Assembly: GCA_023230905.1 (NCBI GenBank)
Contig: JALNWL010000001.1
Location: forward strand, 1-47,676
DNA: 47,676 bases
Source: Syntrophales bacterium
GTDB taxonomy: Bacteria > Desulfobacterota > Syntrophia > Syntrophales > UBA2251
Direction of reading: 5' to 3'
The notes under the pieces were generated by a model, which was not told where the DNA came from, did not search any database, and saw only the letters and a list, made by a program, of their open reading frames with translations. A program made the position numbers and the translations under genes. Shown here piece by piece: positions 27,663-36,987 of this stretch. Numbering within the stretch: the stretch's first letter is position 1; each line of letters begins with the position of its first letter.

Positions 27663-27970
27663 CGCTTTGACCTCCTTGATCATTGGCTGCTGAGGGGAAT
27701 CCTTGGACGTGTCCGCTTTTTCGCCGACCGGACCGCCGGTCGGCCGGGCGCATCCCGCCTTGATTTCCTTTCCCATACGCGATGTCCTCCCTTCCTTCAA
27801 TTTTGCCTCGGCATCCTCAAACCGGAAACGGGGACAGGCCCTGACTCCGGAACATCTTCGGGTTCGTATTCCCTTGACTTGAAGAATCGTTCCCCGCCGT
27901 TGACATACGTCCCGACCCGCCCGGCGTCAGGAAACCGGCCCATAGACGTATCGCAAGGCGCCCCGCCCCA

Positions 27971-28231
27971 TCACTCGTCCCCACATGACGCGCTTCCACA
28001 CCGCGCATCCCTTCCGCAGCAGGTCCGGCCCGTTTCTTCGAGGGCGCACCCGCCGCCACGACCCGCCTTGCCATGTCCGGATCCTTTCAGGATAAAGCCC
28101 GTCCCGCCGCTGATCAACCGGCGAACGCCGCCCCCACACGCCGGACATTCCACGAGAGGCGCCTCCGTGATGGCCTGCCGGCGCTCGAACTTCAAACCGC
28201 ACTCAGCGCATTCATATTCATACGTGGGCAT
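27971..28231 (-). CDS. FmdB-family zinc-ribbon protein
   Basis: [11 protein letters not shown]...CP.CG signature with a Cys/Gly-rich tail. Confidence 0.8.
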   Translation of the reverse strand: MPTYEYECAECGLKFERRQAITEAPLVECPACGGGVRRLISGGTGFILKGSGHGKAGRGGGCALEETGRTCCGRDARCGSASCGDE

Positions 28232-28308
28232 GCTTCAAACCCTTTTCCACGCTTCTGCTTATAATCCGGTTCCTGCCGTTAGGGAAGCGTTTTCCGTTGA
28301 AGTCCGGC

Positions 28309-29589
28309 TCAGTGATCGCAGACATTCGGACCCGTGGCGAGGGTTCCGTTCATATAGGCCGTGACCACCTTCTCCGGCGTATCGGCCGGGGCGCCGCAGA
28401 CGACCTGAATGCCGTTCTCCGTAAAAAGTCCCTGGGCGCGGGAGCCCATCCCCCCGGCGATGATGATCCGGGCCTCTTTTTCATGAAGCCATTTGGGAAG
28501 CAGGCCCGGCTCGTGGGGGGGCGGCGTCACATCCTCCCGCCGGAGGATCTTTTTCCCGTCCATGTCCACATCCAGCAGGGCAAAAACCTCGCAATGGCCG
28601 AAATGGGCGCACAACAGCCCGTCCGAAACGGGGACGGCGATCTTCGTCACGGCAGCGGCGGTCCGCGACGCCATCGGCAAGACGACCGGCGCGGGCTTCT
28701 TGTCCTTCAGATTCAGGATGGGGTCGAGGGCCTTCATGAACGCCTGGGCCGTCTCCGTTTTGTTCTGGAAATAGATGAACGGGTTGCCGTCGTCGGATGC
28801 CTCGACGATCGCGGGATCCAGCGGAATTCGCCCCAGAAAGGGAACGCCCATTTCCCTGGCCATGGCCTCCCCGCCGCCCCGCTTGAAGACGTCGATGACC
28901 GTCCGGCAGTTCGGACAGACCAGTCCGCTCATGTTCTCGATGACCCCGATGACGGGGAGCTTCAACTGCCGGCAGAAACTGATGGATTTGCGAACATCCG
29001 AAAGGGCCAGGTCCTGGGGCGTGGTAACGATGACGGCCCCGTCGCTGTCCGGCAGCAGTTGCGCCGCGGAGAGCGGCTCGTCGCCCGTGCCGGGGGGAAA
29101 GTCGATGATGAGATCGTCCAGTTCGCCCCACGCCACCTCGGACAGGAACTGCTTGATCGCCCCCATCTTCATCGGGCCGCGCCAGATGACCGCCGCATCA
29201 CGCTCCGGCATGATGAAACCGATGGACACCACCTTGATCCCGTAGAGATACTCCACCGGAACAATGGATTTTCCGTCCGACCGCAATTGCCCCTGCTCCA
29301 ATTTGAGCAGTTTGGGAATGCTCGGGCCGTGAAAATCGAGGTCCAGAAGTCCTACCTTCCGGCCCTCCAGGGCGAGGGCCACGGCAATGTTGGCCGCGAC
29401 GGTGCTCTTCCCCACGCCGCCCTTTCCGGACAGGACCATGATCTTGTGCTTGATCTGGTTCATCCGCTCCGTCAGGGCTTCCTGCTCCCGCCGTTCTTTC
29501 CGATCCTGGGCGTCGGGGCGCTGTTGATGCCCCTGACGGCCCGTTTCCTTGCCTTGACAATCCATGACGCGGTACCCCTTTCCTTGCAT
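28309..29589 (-). CDS. Mrp/NBP35 (ParA/MinD-type) ATPase fused to a C-terminal NifX/NifB-like domain
   Basis: Deviant Walker A SGKGGVGKST and a CPNC motif. C-terminal KIAVPVSDG...HFGHC...IIAGGMG NifX-like module. The start is uncertain; MNQIKHK at about 29463 is possible. Confidence 0.75.
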   Translation of the reverse strand: MQGKGYRVMDCQGKETGRQGHQQRPDAQDRKERREQEALTERMNQIKHKIMVLSGKGGVGKSTVAANIAVALALEGRKVGLLDLDFHGPSIPKLLKLEQGQLRSDGKSIVPVEYLYGIKVVSIGFIMPERDAAVIWRGPMKMGAIKQFLSEVAWGELDDLIIDFPPGTGDEPLSAAQLLPDSDGAVIVTTPQDLALSDVRKSISFCRQLKLPVIGVIENMSGLVCPNCRTVIDVFKRGGGEAMAREMGVPFLGRIPLDPAIVEASDDGNPFIYFQNKTETAQAFMKALDPILNLKDKKPAPVVLPMASRTAAAVTKIAVPVSDGLLCAHFGHCEVFALLDVDMDGKKILRREDVTPPPHEPGLLPKWLHEKEARIIIAGGMGSRAQGLFTENGIQVVCGAPADTPEKVVTAYMNGTLATGPNVCDH

Positions 29590-29639
29590 TGCGGGTCCGG
29601 GAGGAATCCCTCCTCAAGGACCCGGTTCATTCATTGTCC

Positions 29640-30122
29640 CTATGGCGCCCGGCGCCCGCGCCGCACCGCCTCTTGCTCATCGACCTCCTCATGCCATCCG
29701 CTTCTGGGGCGATCGATCCGGTGGAACCTGGCCGCGTAAGGCTTGATATCCAGGAGCGGCGTTCCATCGATAAAGTCCGCCCCGTCGAGGTGCAGGACAT
29801 GGCCCTCACGGCGAAGCAGCGCCACGAGACTCATGCCGATGGCGTTGGGCCGGCCGGGGTGGCACGTGGCAAAGACGCCCCGTTCCCTGTCCTGGAGGAA
29901 CGGCTTCACGATCAGTCCGGCCGGCGCCGCAAGGTGCAGGTGGTAGATCAGAAAGACATGTGAAAAGCTTTCGATGTCCTGCAGACCCTCGGCATACTCG
30001 GGAAACACCTCCGCACGGCCCCAGGCCCCCTGCGCATAAACGGGCTGGATCGGCGTCTCCTCCGCGAGGGTATGCCCGCTGCGGAGGAGGCCGATCGGCG
30101 TAAACCGGATCGCGCCGCTCAT
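29640..30122 (-). CDS. TrmO/TsaA (YaeB, UPF0066) family SAM-dependent methyltransferase-like protein
   Basis: PIG..RS...PIQP, RPN.IG and GTPLLDIKPY blocks. ATGA overlap with the upstream gene. Confidence 0.7.
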   Translation of the reverse strand: MSGAIRFTPIGLLRSGHTLAEETPIQPVYAQGAWGRAEVFPEYAEGLQDIESFSHVFLIYHLHLAAPAGLIVKPFLQDRERGVFATCHPGRPNAIGMSLVALLRREGHVLHLDGADFIDGTPLLDIKPYAARFHRIDRPRSGWHEEVDEQEAVRRGRRAP

Positions 30123-30481
30123 GCCCAGTGGCCCTCGACATCGGCGGCCCGGGCCTCCGTGAGCACCCCCGAGCGGTACTGGTCAAGGGCTGCGGCGACC
30201 GTTGGGGCGTCGGAGGTCAGGATCACGACACCGGCCGCACTCAGAACGCGAAACGCCTTCGGGCCGCAGTGGCCGGTCACGACGGCCTTCGCCCCGGTCC
30301 GGGCCACCGCCTCCGCGGATTGAATCCCGGCCCCCTGCGCGGCGTTCAGATTCTGCTTGTTCTCGACGATTTCAAAGGTCCGACCCTCCAGATCGTAAAC
30401 GAGAAATCTCGGGGCCCGGCCAAAACGTCTGTCCAACGGGGCCTCGAGATCGGTCCCCGATGTCGTAAAAACAATCTTCAT
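30119..30481 (-). CDS. NifX/NifB-family (dinitrogenase FeMo-cofactor-binding fold) protein
   Basis: 120 aa with HFGRAP..LVYD-type N-terminus (RRFGRAPRFLVYD) and VVTGHCGPKA. Confidence 0.75.
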   Translation of the reverse strand: MKIVFTTSGTDLEAPLDRRFGRAPRFLVYDLEGRTFEIVENKQNLNAAQGAGIQSAEAVARTGAKAVVTGHCGPKAFRVLSAAGVVILTSDAPTVAAALDQYRSGVLTEARAADVEGHWA

Positions 30482-30652
30482 GGATTCTCCCTTTCACTTT
30501 CATCCAGGCGGTGTCTGATGAAATTCAATTCGGACTGCATTCCGGACCCGGCGCCGCATCCTTCCGCGCGTCCGGTCACGACGCCCATTCCCATGGGATC
30601 CGTTCGATTCCCTCCCGGCACATCCTACAACCCGTTACTCCCGAATGACCGG

Positions 30653-31276
30653 TTATGGCCTTGTCATGACGGTCCCGCACTTCGGGCAGTTGCGGCTGGA
30701 GCAGGGCACACCGCGCTCATGCGGCTCCGTTTGCCCGCACTGCGGGCAAACGCAACGTCCGACAGTCCCTGCCGCAAAAGCGGCGGCGGTGCGACCCGCC
30801 CTTCGCGCTCCCCGACCCTGTCCATTTCGACCGGGGCCGATCGGTCCTGTCCCATCTCCTCTTGGCATCGCACTTTCCTCGTTCGCCCCCTGCCCGGCCC
30901 CCGCCGCATGCATTCGCGGAAGACAGCCCATCCGCAGATGATTCCGGCAACCCGGCAGGGCAAACCGAACCTGCCCCAGCCGATCGCTCCGATAGGCCCC
31001 AATCACCTCTTCAACGCGGCCCCGTACAAAAGGCAAAACCGTGATCCCTGACGATTCCAGCAGGCGCTTCAGGGGCATGGAGATCGCCCCGCAGATCAGC
31101 AGACCGACCCCGTTTCTCTTGAGCCGCAGGGCCTTCCCCGACCCATCCGATCCCCCCAGCTTCATTAGGGTTCTTCGGCCGTCGCCCTCGAGAACATCCT
31201 CGATAATCAGGATGTCCTCGGCCGCGTCAAAGACGGTCGAGATGGAATCCTTCCAGATGGATAAGGCAATCTTCAT
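30653..31276 (-). CDS. NifX-like domain fused to a DUF5320-like segment and a CxxC zinc ribbon
   Basis: N-terminal roughly 105 aa are NifX-like (LICGAIS). This is followed by MPRGDGTGP.GPG (DUF5320 signature) and CVCPQCG...CPKCG. Confidence 0.6.
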   Translation of the reverse strand: MKIALSIWKDSISTVFDAAEDILIIEDVLEGDGRRTLMKLGGSDGSGKALRLKRNGVGLLICGAISMPLKRLLESSGITVLPFVRGRVEEVIGAYRSDRLGQVRFALPGCRNHLRMGCLPRMHAAGAGQGANEESAMPRGDGTGPIGPGRNGQGRGARRAGRTAAAFAAGTVGRCVCPQCGQTEPHERGVPCSSRNCPKCGTVMTRP

Positions 31277-31343
31277 TCGGGTTCCCCTAACCCGGATTCA
31301 TCGTGCGTGACGGACCCGCTTGAAAACCTTCTGCAAGGGGAAC

Positions 31344-31359
31344 ATCAAGATCTGTGCCA
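31344..31359 (-). promoter_or_regulatory. candidate sigma-54 (-24/-12) promoter
   Basis: Minus strand reads TGGCAC-AGATC-TTGAT. The -24 element and spacing are perfect, but -12 reads GA instead of GC. It lies about 70 nt upstream of ATG 31276. Confidence 0.4.
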
Positions 31360-31433
31360 TAGAACCGGCAATCACCAAAACACAGCAATCATCGATACAA
31401 ATACCGGATCGGGGAAAAGGCGGGCAACCATGA

Positions 31434-31483
31434 AGTTGCGTGATTGCAACTGCGCGGTACGGATGAGGTGCGTGATTGCAACT
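31434..31483. promoter_or_regulatory. two tandem 18-bp palindromes, candidate enhancer (UAS) for the adjacent sigma-54 activator
   Basis: AGTTGCGTGATTGCAACT (31434-31451, perfect AGTTGC-N6-GCAACT) and AGGTGCGTGATTGCAACT (31466-31483), spaced 32 bp centre to centre. They lie 75-125 bp upstream of the -24 element. Confidence 0.55.
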
Positions 31484-31494
31484 CAAGGAGCAGG

Positions 31495-32853
31495 CTATTC
31501 GGGGGTGACGATCCGCAGAGCCTTGATCTTCCGGTAGAGGGTGGTCTTGTGAATGCCCAACTGCCTCGCCGTCCGCAGACGATTCCAGTCGTTCGCCCGC
31601 AGGGCGTTCGTCAGATGGATGGCCTCCATCTCCCGCAGGGAAAGGGGTTCCGGCCGAGGATCGCCGCCGCCCATCTTGAACAGGGATTCCGGAAGGTGGA
31701 TCTTCTCGATCCGCCCGGCCTTGCAAAGGATGAAGGCCCGTTCGATGATATTGCCCAACTCCCGGATATTGCCGGGATAGTCGTAGGCCATTAGGCAGGC
31801 CAAGGCCTCCTCGCTCAGCCCCTCGATCTCCTTCTGCTGAAGGACGTTGAACCGGCGGATAAAGTGATCCGCCAGGAGGGGCACATCCTCCATCCGTTCC
31901 CGGAGGGGCGGGAGGGTGATCTTAAAGACGTTGATCCGGTAAAAGAGGTCTTCCCGGAACAGCCCCTGCCGAACCCGTTCCTCGAGATTTTTGTTCGTCG
32001 CGGCGATAATCCGGACGTCGTGACGGACGCTTTCGGTGGACCCCAAGGGTTCGTAGGTCTTCTCCTGAAGGACGCGCAGCAGGCGAACCTGCATGGCCGG
32101 GGTGATGTCCCCGATTTCATCCAGAAACAGCGTTCCCTTTTCCGCCAGGCGGAACCGTCCCGCCTTGTCCCGCTTCGCATCCGTGAAAGCCCCGGCCTTA
32201 TAGCCGAACAACTCCGATTCCAGCAGGGTGTCGGGCAGGGCCCCGCAGTTCACGGCGACAAAGGCCTGTTTTTTCCTCGGACTCAAGTTGTGAACGGCCC
32301 GGGCAAAAAGTTCCTTTCCGGTGCCGCTTTCCCCTTCGATGAGGACCGTACTGCCGCTGTCGGCGACATCGGCGAGGATGTCGAACAGTTGAAGCATCCG
32401 GTGGTTCTTGGAAACGATGTCCTCGAAGGCGTATTTCCCTTCGATGGTCTTCCGGAGGTCTTCTTCAACACTGATGTCGCGGAACGTCTCCACGGCGCCG
32501 AGAACGGCTCCGGCGGTTCCTTTGAGGAGGGCGGTGGAAATGCTGACGGGTCGGCGGCGGCCCCTGGAATCGATGATATAGACCGTCCGGTTGATGATCG
32601 GCGTACCCGATTTCATCGTCTTGCGGAGGCAGCAGTCCTTTTCACAGATGTTCGCCTTCAGGACATCCTTGCACTGCTGTCCGATGGCCTCGTCCCTGGG
32701 AACGCCGGTGATCTTTTCCGCCGCCCGGTTGAAAGACGTGATCCGCCAATCCGAGTCAACGGTAAAAACCCCGTCGGCAATGGAATCCAGGATGACGTCC
32801 TGTCCATTTACAGGATCCACGGCAAGCTTGTTCCGGGATGGATGCTTCTTCAT
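31495..32853 (-). CDS. sigma-54-dependent transcriptional activator (PAS - AAA+ - Fis HTH)
   Basis: PAS domain, GESGTGKELFARAVH Walker A, ESELFGY (GAFTGA-loop region), and C-terminal HTH (RTARQLGIHKTTLYRKIK). ATG 32853 is preferred; the track start 32916 is a TTG. Confidence 0.85.
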   Translation of the reverse strand: MKKHPSRNKLAVDPVNGQDVILDSIADGVFTVDSDWRITSFNRAAEKITGVPRDEAIGQQCKDVLKANICEKDCCLRKTMKSGTPIINRTVYIIDSRGRRRPVSISTALLKGTAGAVLGAVETFRDISVEEDLRKTIEGKYAFEDIVSKNHRMLQLFDILADVADSGSTVLIEGESGTGKELFARAVHNLSPRKKQAFVAVNCGALPDTLLESELFGYKAGAFTDAKRDKAGRFRLAEKGTLFLDEIGDITPAMQVRLLRVLQEKTYEPLGSTESVRHDVRIIAATNKNLEERVRQGLFREDLFYRINVFKITLPPLRERMEDVPLLADHFIRRFNVLQQKEIEGLSEEALACLMAYDYPGNIRELGNIIERAFILCKAGRIEKIHLPESLFKMGGGDPRPEPLSLREMEAIHLTNALRANDWNRLRTARQLGIHKTTLYRKIKALRIVTPE

Positions 32854-33052
32854 CTTGTGGATCGGGAATCCTCTATCAATGTTCGTCCACCTGGTTCCGA
32901 CACGAGGGCAATGCAACCTTTACCGCGTTCTCCTTGTCGGCGGCAAATTGCATCTTGCGCCGGACGCCCGGCAGGCAGTGACGCATACGGTCCTGAAGGT
33001 AGGCACATGCGTGTCATCTGTCAAGCGATAAAAACGGCGGGGGTTTTCCTTG

Positions 33053-33082
33053 TTGACATCTCCAGCCCATTTCTTGTAGTTT
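33053..33082 (+). promoter_or_regulatory. candidate sigma-70 promoter
   Basis: TTGACA (33053-33058), 18-nt spacer, TAGTTT (33077-33082). Confidence 0.3.
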
Positions 33083-33151
33083 TTAAGGCATAGGACACGT
33101 TTTGCCGTTGGAGGATTGACGGACGTCGTCTCCATGCCGGAAGGAGGTTCC

Positions 33152-34681
33152 ATGACCGCACCGCTCATCATCGCCATGGCCCAGGGAAAGGAAGTCGTCC
33201 TGCTGCCGAACATGACCAACCGGCACGGGCTCATCGCCGGCGCGACCGGCACGGGGAAGACCGTCACACTGCAGAAGATGGCCGAATCCTTCGCGTCCAT
33301 CGGCGTCCCCGTTTTCGTGGCCGATATCAAAGGGGACCTCTCCGGCATCGGCGCGGCCGGCCAGGCCTCCGAGAAGATGCTCAAGAGGCTGGAGGCCATC
33401 GGCATCAAGGAATTCGTCCCGCGTGCCAATACCGCCGTCTTCTGGGACGTGTACGGCGAAGCCGGACACCCGGTGCGCGCCACCGTGTCCGACATGGGGC
33501 CGCTTCTGCTTGCGCGGCTCCTGAACCTCAACGAAACGCAGTCCGGCGTGCTGACCCTGGTCTTCAAGATCGCCGACGACAACGGCCTGCTCCTGCTCGA
33601 CATGAAGGACCTGCGGGCCATGATCCAGTTCGTGGGCGACAACGCCAAGCAGTTCACCACCGCATACGGAAACATCTCCGCCGCGTCCGTCGGCGCCATT
33701 CAGCGCGGGCTGATGACGATCGAACAGCAGGGCGGCGACAAATTCTTCGGGGAACCGATGCTCGACATCGCCGACCTGATGCAGACCGACGGCGAGGGCC
33801 GCGGCGTGATCAACGTGCTGGCGGCGGACAAGCTCTACAACAACCCCCGGCTTTACGCCACCTTCCTGCTCTGGATGCTGGCCGAGCTCTTCGAACAGCT
33901 GCCCGAGGTGGGAGACGTGGAGAAGCCCAAACTGGTTTTCTTCTTCGACGAGGCCCACCTGCTGTTCAACGACGCGCCGACGGCGCTGCTGGAAAAGATC
34001 GAACAGGTGGTGCGCCTCATCCGCTCCAAGGGCGTGGGGGTCTACTTCGTCACGCAGAATCCCCTGGACATCCCCGAAACTGTTCTCGGACAGTTGGGAA
34101 ACCGCGTCCAGCACGCCCTGCGCGCCTTCACGCCGCGCGACCAGAAGGCGGTCCGGACGGCGGCGGAGACCCTGCGCCCCAATCCCGCCTTCGATGCCGT
34201 CACGGCGATCACTGAACTGGGCGTCGGCGAGGCCCTGATCTCCTTTCTCGACGAGAAAGGCCGGCCGGCGCCGGTGGAGCGGGCGAACGTCATCGCCCCC
34301 GGTTCGCGTCTCGGCGTCCTCGACACGGCCGAGCGCTCGGCGGCCATCCGGAACTCCATCCTCTACGGGCACTATGAAAAGATCCTCGACCGGGAATCGG
34401 CCTACGAAAAATTGCGTGCATCCGTTCAGGGCGCCGCAACGCCCGCGCAACCGCCAGTGACGGCGGGCGACCCGGAGGCGGCCGCCCCGGGCGGCGGAGG
34501 CGTGCTGGGCGGCGGCATCGGCGACATCCTGTTCGGACGGACCGGCCCTCGCGGGGGGAAAACCGACGGCCTGGTTCAGACCGCCGCCAAGAGCGTGGCC
34601 CGGACGATCGGCTCGTCCGTGGGACGGGAAATCGTCCGCGGCGTCCTGGGCTCTCTTCTGGGGGGCGGTCGACGCCGTTGA
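33152..34681 (+). CDS. HerA-like helicase-domain ATPase (DUF853/YjgR family)
   Basis: N-terminal block [17 protein letters not shown] (Walker A) and [11 protein letters not shown] (Walker B). AAGGAGG before ATG 33152. Confidence 0.8.
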   Translation: MTAPLIIAMAQGKEVVLLPNMTNRHGLIAGATGTGKTVTLQKMAESFASIGVPVFVADIKGDLSGIGAAGQASEKMLKRLEAIGIKEFVPRANTAVFWDVYGEAGHPVRATVSDMGPLLLARLLNLNETQSGVLTLVFKIADDNGLLLLDMKDLRAMIQFVGDNAKQFTTAYGNISAASVGAIQRGLMTIEQQGGDKFFGEPMLDIADLMQTDGEGRGVINVLAADKLYNNPRLYATFLLWMLAELFEQLPEVGDVEKPKLVFFFDEAHLLFNDAPTALLEKIEQVVRLIRSKGVGVYFVTQNPLDIPETVLGQLGNRVQHALRAFTPRDQKAVRTAAETLRPNPAFDAVTAITELGVGEALISFLDEKGRPAPVERANVIAPGSRLGVLDTAERSAAIRNSILYGHYEKILDRESAYEKLRASVQGAATPAQPPVTAGDPEAAAPGGGGVLGGGIGDILFGRTGPRGGKTDGLVQTAAKSVARTIGSSVGREIVRGVLGSLLGGGRRR

Positions 34682-34769
34682 AGACATCGGGAATTCAATC
34701 GGCTTGCCCCGTTTCGGGTGGGGCCCTCAGGAAATCGTCCGCCACCGGGTGAACGATAGCGGACATCCC

Positions 34770-35414
34770 ATGCTGACCGTTCTGTTCACGATTTTTGCCT
34801 CGTCCTTCGTCGTCGCGCTGTCCGGCGCCCTGATGCCGGGGCCGCTCCTGACCGCGACGATCAGCGAGAGCTCGCGGTACGGATTCATCACGGGGCCACT
34901 GATGATCGCCGGACACGCCCTTCTGGAGCTTGCGCTCGTCGGAGCCATCCTGCTTGGGCTGGCGCCGTTTTTCCAACGACCGGAGGTCTTCGTGGCCACG
35001 GCCCTCAGCGGGTCTGTGATTCTCGCCTGGATGGCCTTCGGGATGTTCCGCTCCCTGCCCGCACTCACCCTCTCCCGGAAGCCTGACCCGCGGCGGCGGA
35101 ATCACCCCCTGATCAGCGGCATTCTGATGAGCGTGGCCAACCCGTACTGGATCATCTGGTGGGCGACCATTGGCCTGGGGTACATCCTCTACTCCTGGCG
35201 GTTCGGCCTCCGGGGTGTCGTTTTTTTCTTTGCCGGGCATATCCTCGCGGACCTCGCCTGGTATTCCCTGGTCTCCGCTACGGTGGCCGGGGGGCGACAG
35301 TTTCTCACCGATCGCCTTTACCGGGGCCTGATCGCGGCCTGCGCCGCTTTTCTCGTCGTGTTTGCCGGGTATTTCGCCTTTGCGGGGCTTGGAAAGCTGA
35401 ACGCGATCCTCTGA
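34770..35414 (+). CDS. LysE-family exporter
   Basis: About 214 aa, six helices, N-terminal LMPGP motif. Confidence 0.7.
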   Translation: MLTVLFTIFASSFVVALSGALMPGPLLTATISESSRYGFITGPLMIAGHALLELALVGAILLGLAPFFQRPEVFVATALSGSVILAWMAFGMFRSLPALTLSRKPDPRRRNHPLISGILMSVANPYWIIWWATIGLGYILYSWRFGLRGVVFFFAGHILADLAWYSLVSATVAGGRQFLTDRLYRGLIAACAAFLVVFAGYFAFAGLGKLNAIL

Positions 35415-35457
35415 TGGGGGTCCACTGACCGTTGCGAGGCGATACGGGGGATGGCCG

Positions 35458-36792
35458 TCAAGATGCGGCGACGGTGGCCGGACGGGGACGGCGGCGGCGA
35501 TGCCTCCGTTGTTTTGCCGGGGTCTCGGCGACCGGCGCTTCCTTTCCGGTCGGGGGGGCGTCCCCGGACAGGAAGGCGTCCCACCAGGCCACGACCGGGC
35601 GGCGCTCCGCGCTCGTTTCCGCCGCCAGGCGGAGGTAGCCCAACCCGTCCGCAAACTCGGGCCGATGGACCATGCGCGCCGGGCGGCGCGGGGGCTGGCG
35701 TTGCAGCAGGGGCTGAAGGGCAAGGATGGCGCGCAGTTGACTGCCGATCCGCCCGGGCACGCTGACGGTCCGGCACAGCGCCTCGAAAAAAACGGCGCAC
35801 GCGGCATCCAGGGCCTGCTGGCGTGGAACACCGTCCCGGTGACGCGCCAAGGCCGCCTCTTCCAGATCGGGTCCGAAAAGAGCCGCGAAGCAGAGCGGTG
35901 CGTTCGGGGGCGTCCCGTTCCGGCAGAGCCGGTCGAGCCCTGCCAGATTGGCCTGCACGATGGACCGCCGGCCGTTTTCATCCCCCCCGCCGCCGAGGCC
36001 GGGAAACAGGGCGGGACCGAGACCGCTTTCTTCCAGAAGAGGGAAAACCGGACCGGCGGAACCCAGCAGAAAGAGCTTCAGAACCTCTTCATAAAGCCGC
36101 GCCGACGAGGCGCGGGTGATGGTGGGAGACAGTTCGCACAGGACGTCCCACGTCGCCGGTTCGATGACAAACCCATGGGAAGCGGCAAAGCGGACCGCGC
36201 GGAGCATGCGTACCGGGTCCTCCGTGAAGCGGACGTAAGGATCGCCGATGGGACGGATGAGCCGCTGTTCGAGGTCGACCAGCCCCGTGGAATGGTCGAT
36301 CACGGAAAAATCGGCGATATTGTAGGCGAGCGCATTGATGGTGAAGTCACGGCGAAGGGCATCCTCCTCCGGCGTGCCGAAGACATTGTCCCGGAGTACC
36401 ATGCCGTCCTCGTCCTTGAGATGACGGGGTGGGCGGTGATCTTCCTCCGTCTTGCCCGCCTCCCCCTCATCGACCGGGGCGGCCGAGCGGAAGGTGGAAA
36501 CCTCGATGATCTCGTCCTGGAAGTGGAGATGGGCCAGCCGGAAGCGGCGACCGACGAGGCGGCAGTTGCGGAAAAGCCGCTTGAGCTGACCTGGAGCGGC
36601 ATCGGTCGCGATGTCGAAGTCCTTCGGGGTTCTTCCCAGGAGGAGGTCCCGGACGCAGCCCCCGACCAGGTAGGCGACGAACCCGTTGTCCCGGAGCCGG
36701 TAGAGCGTGCGCAGGGCGTTCGGGCTGATCTGCCTTCGGGAGATGCGGTGCTCCTTTCTGGAAACGATGCGTGGCGGCATGGGCGGCACCAT
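35458..36792 (-). CDS. pcnB: poly(A) polymerase I / tRNA nucleotidyltransferase family
   Basis: YLVGGCVRDLLLGR.PKDFDIAT and RLAHLHF blocks. Only the C-terminal 444 codons of the 758-aa track ORF carry these motifs. Confidence 0.8.
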   Translation of the reverse strand: MVPPMPPRIVSRKEHRISRRQISPNALRTLYRLRDNGFVAYLVGGCVRDLLLGRTPKDFDIATDAAPGQLKRLFRNCRLVGRRFRLAHLHFQDEIIEVSTFRSAAPVDEGEAGKTEEDHRPPRHLKDEDGMVLRDNVFGTPEEDALRRDFTINALAYNIADFSVIDHSTGLVDLEQRLIRPIGDPYVRFTEDPVRMLRAVRFAASHGFVIEPATWDVLCELSPTITRASSARLYEEVLKLFLLGSAGPVFPLLEESGLGPALFPGLGGGGDENGRRSIVQANLAGLDRLCRNGTPPNAPLCFAALFGPDLEEAALARHRDGVPRQQALDAACAVFFEALCRTVSVPGRIGSQLRAILALQPLLQRQPPRRPARMVHRPEFADGLGYLRLAAETSAERRPVVAWWDAFLSGDAPPTGKEAPVAETPAKQRRHRRRRPRPATVAAS

Positions 36793-36987
36793 AGCACACC
36801 CCGTCGAAAAAGCAACATCCAGGCATGCGGGGCGACGGCCCCGTCCGCGACAGTCCCGCCGCACCCCGCATTCACGACGAACCGGGATTTCCGGGTGCAA
36901 TTTCCGGGTTGGCAAAGTCTCCGAGAGCTGATAGGGTTCGCCAAGTGACGGGCGGACGGTAAGAACAACGCATCGCGAGGCCCTGCC

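Noticed and set aside
27663-27800. N-terminal extension of the peroxiredoxin ([14 protein letters not shown]...)
   Set aside because: A strong AAGGAGG RBS precedes ATG 27662, which gives the standard Prx N-terminus [11 protein letters not shown]. The extension has no Prx homology.
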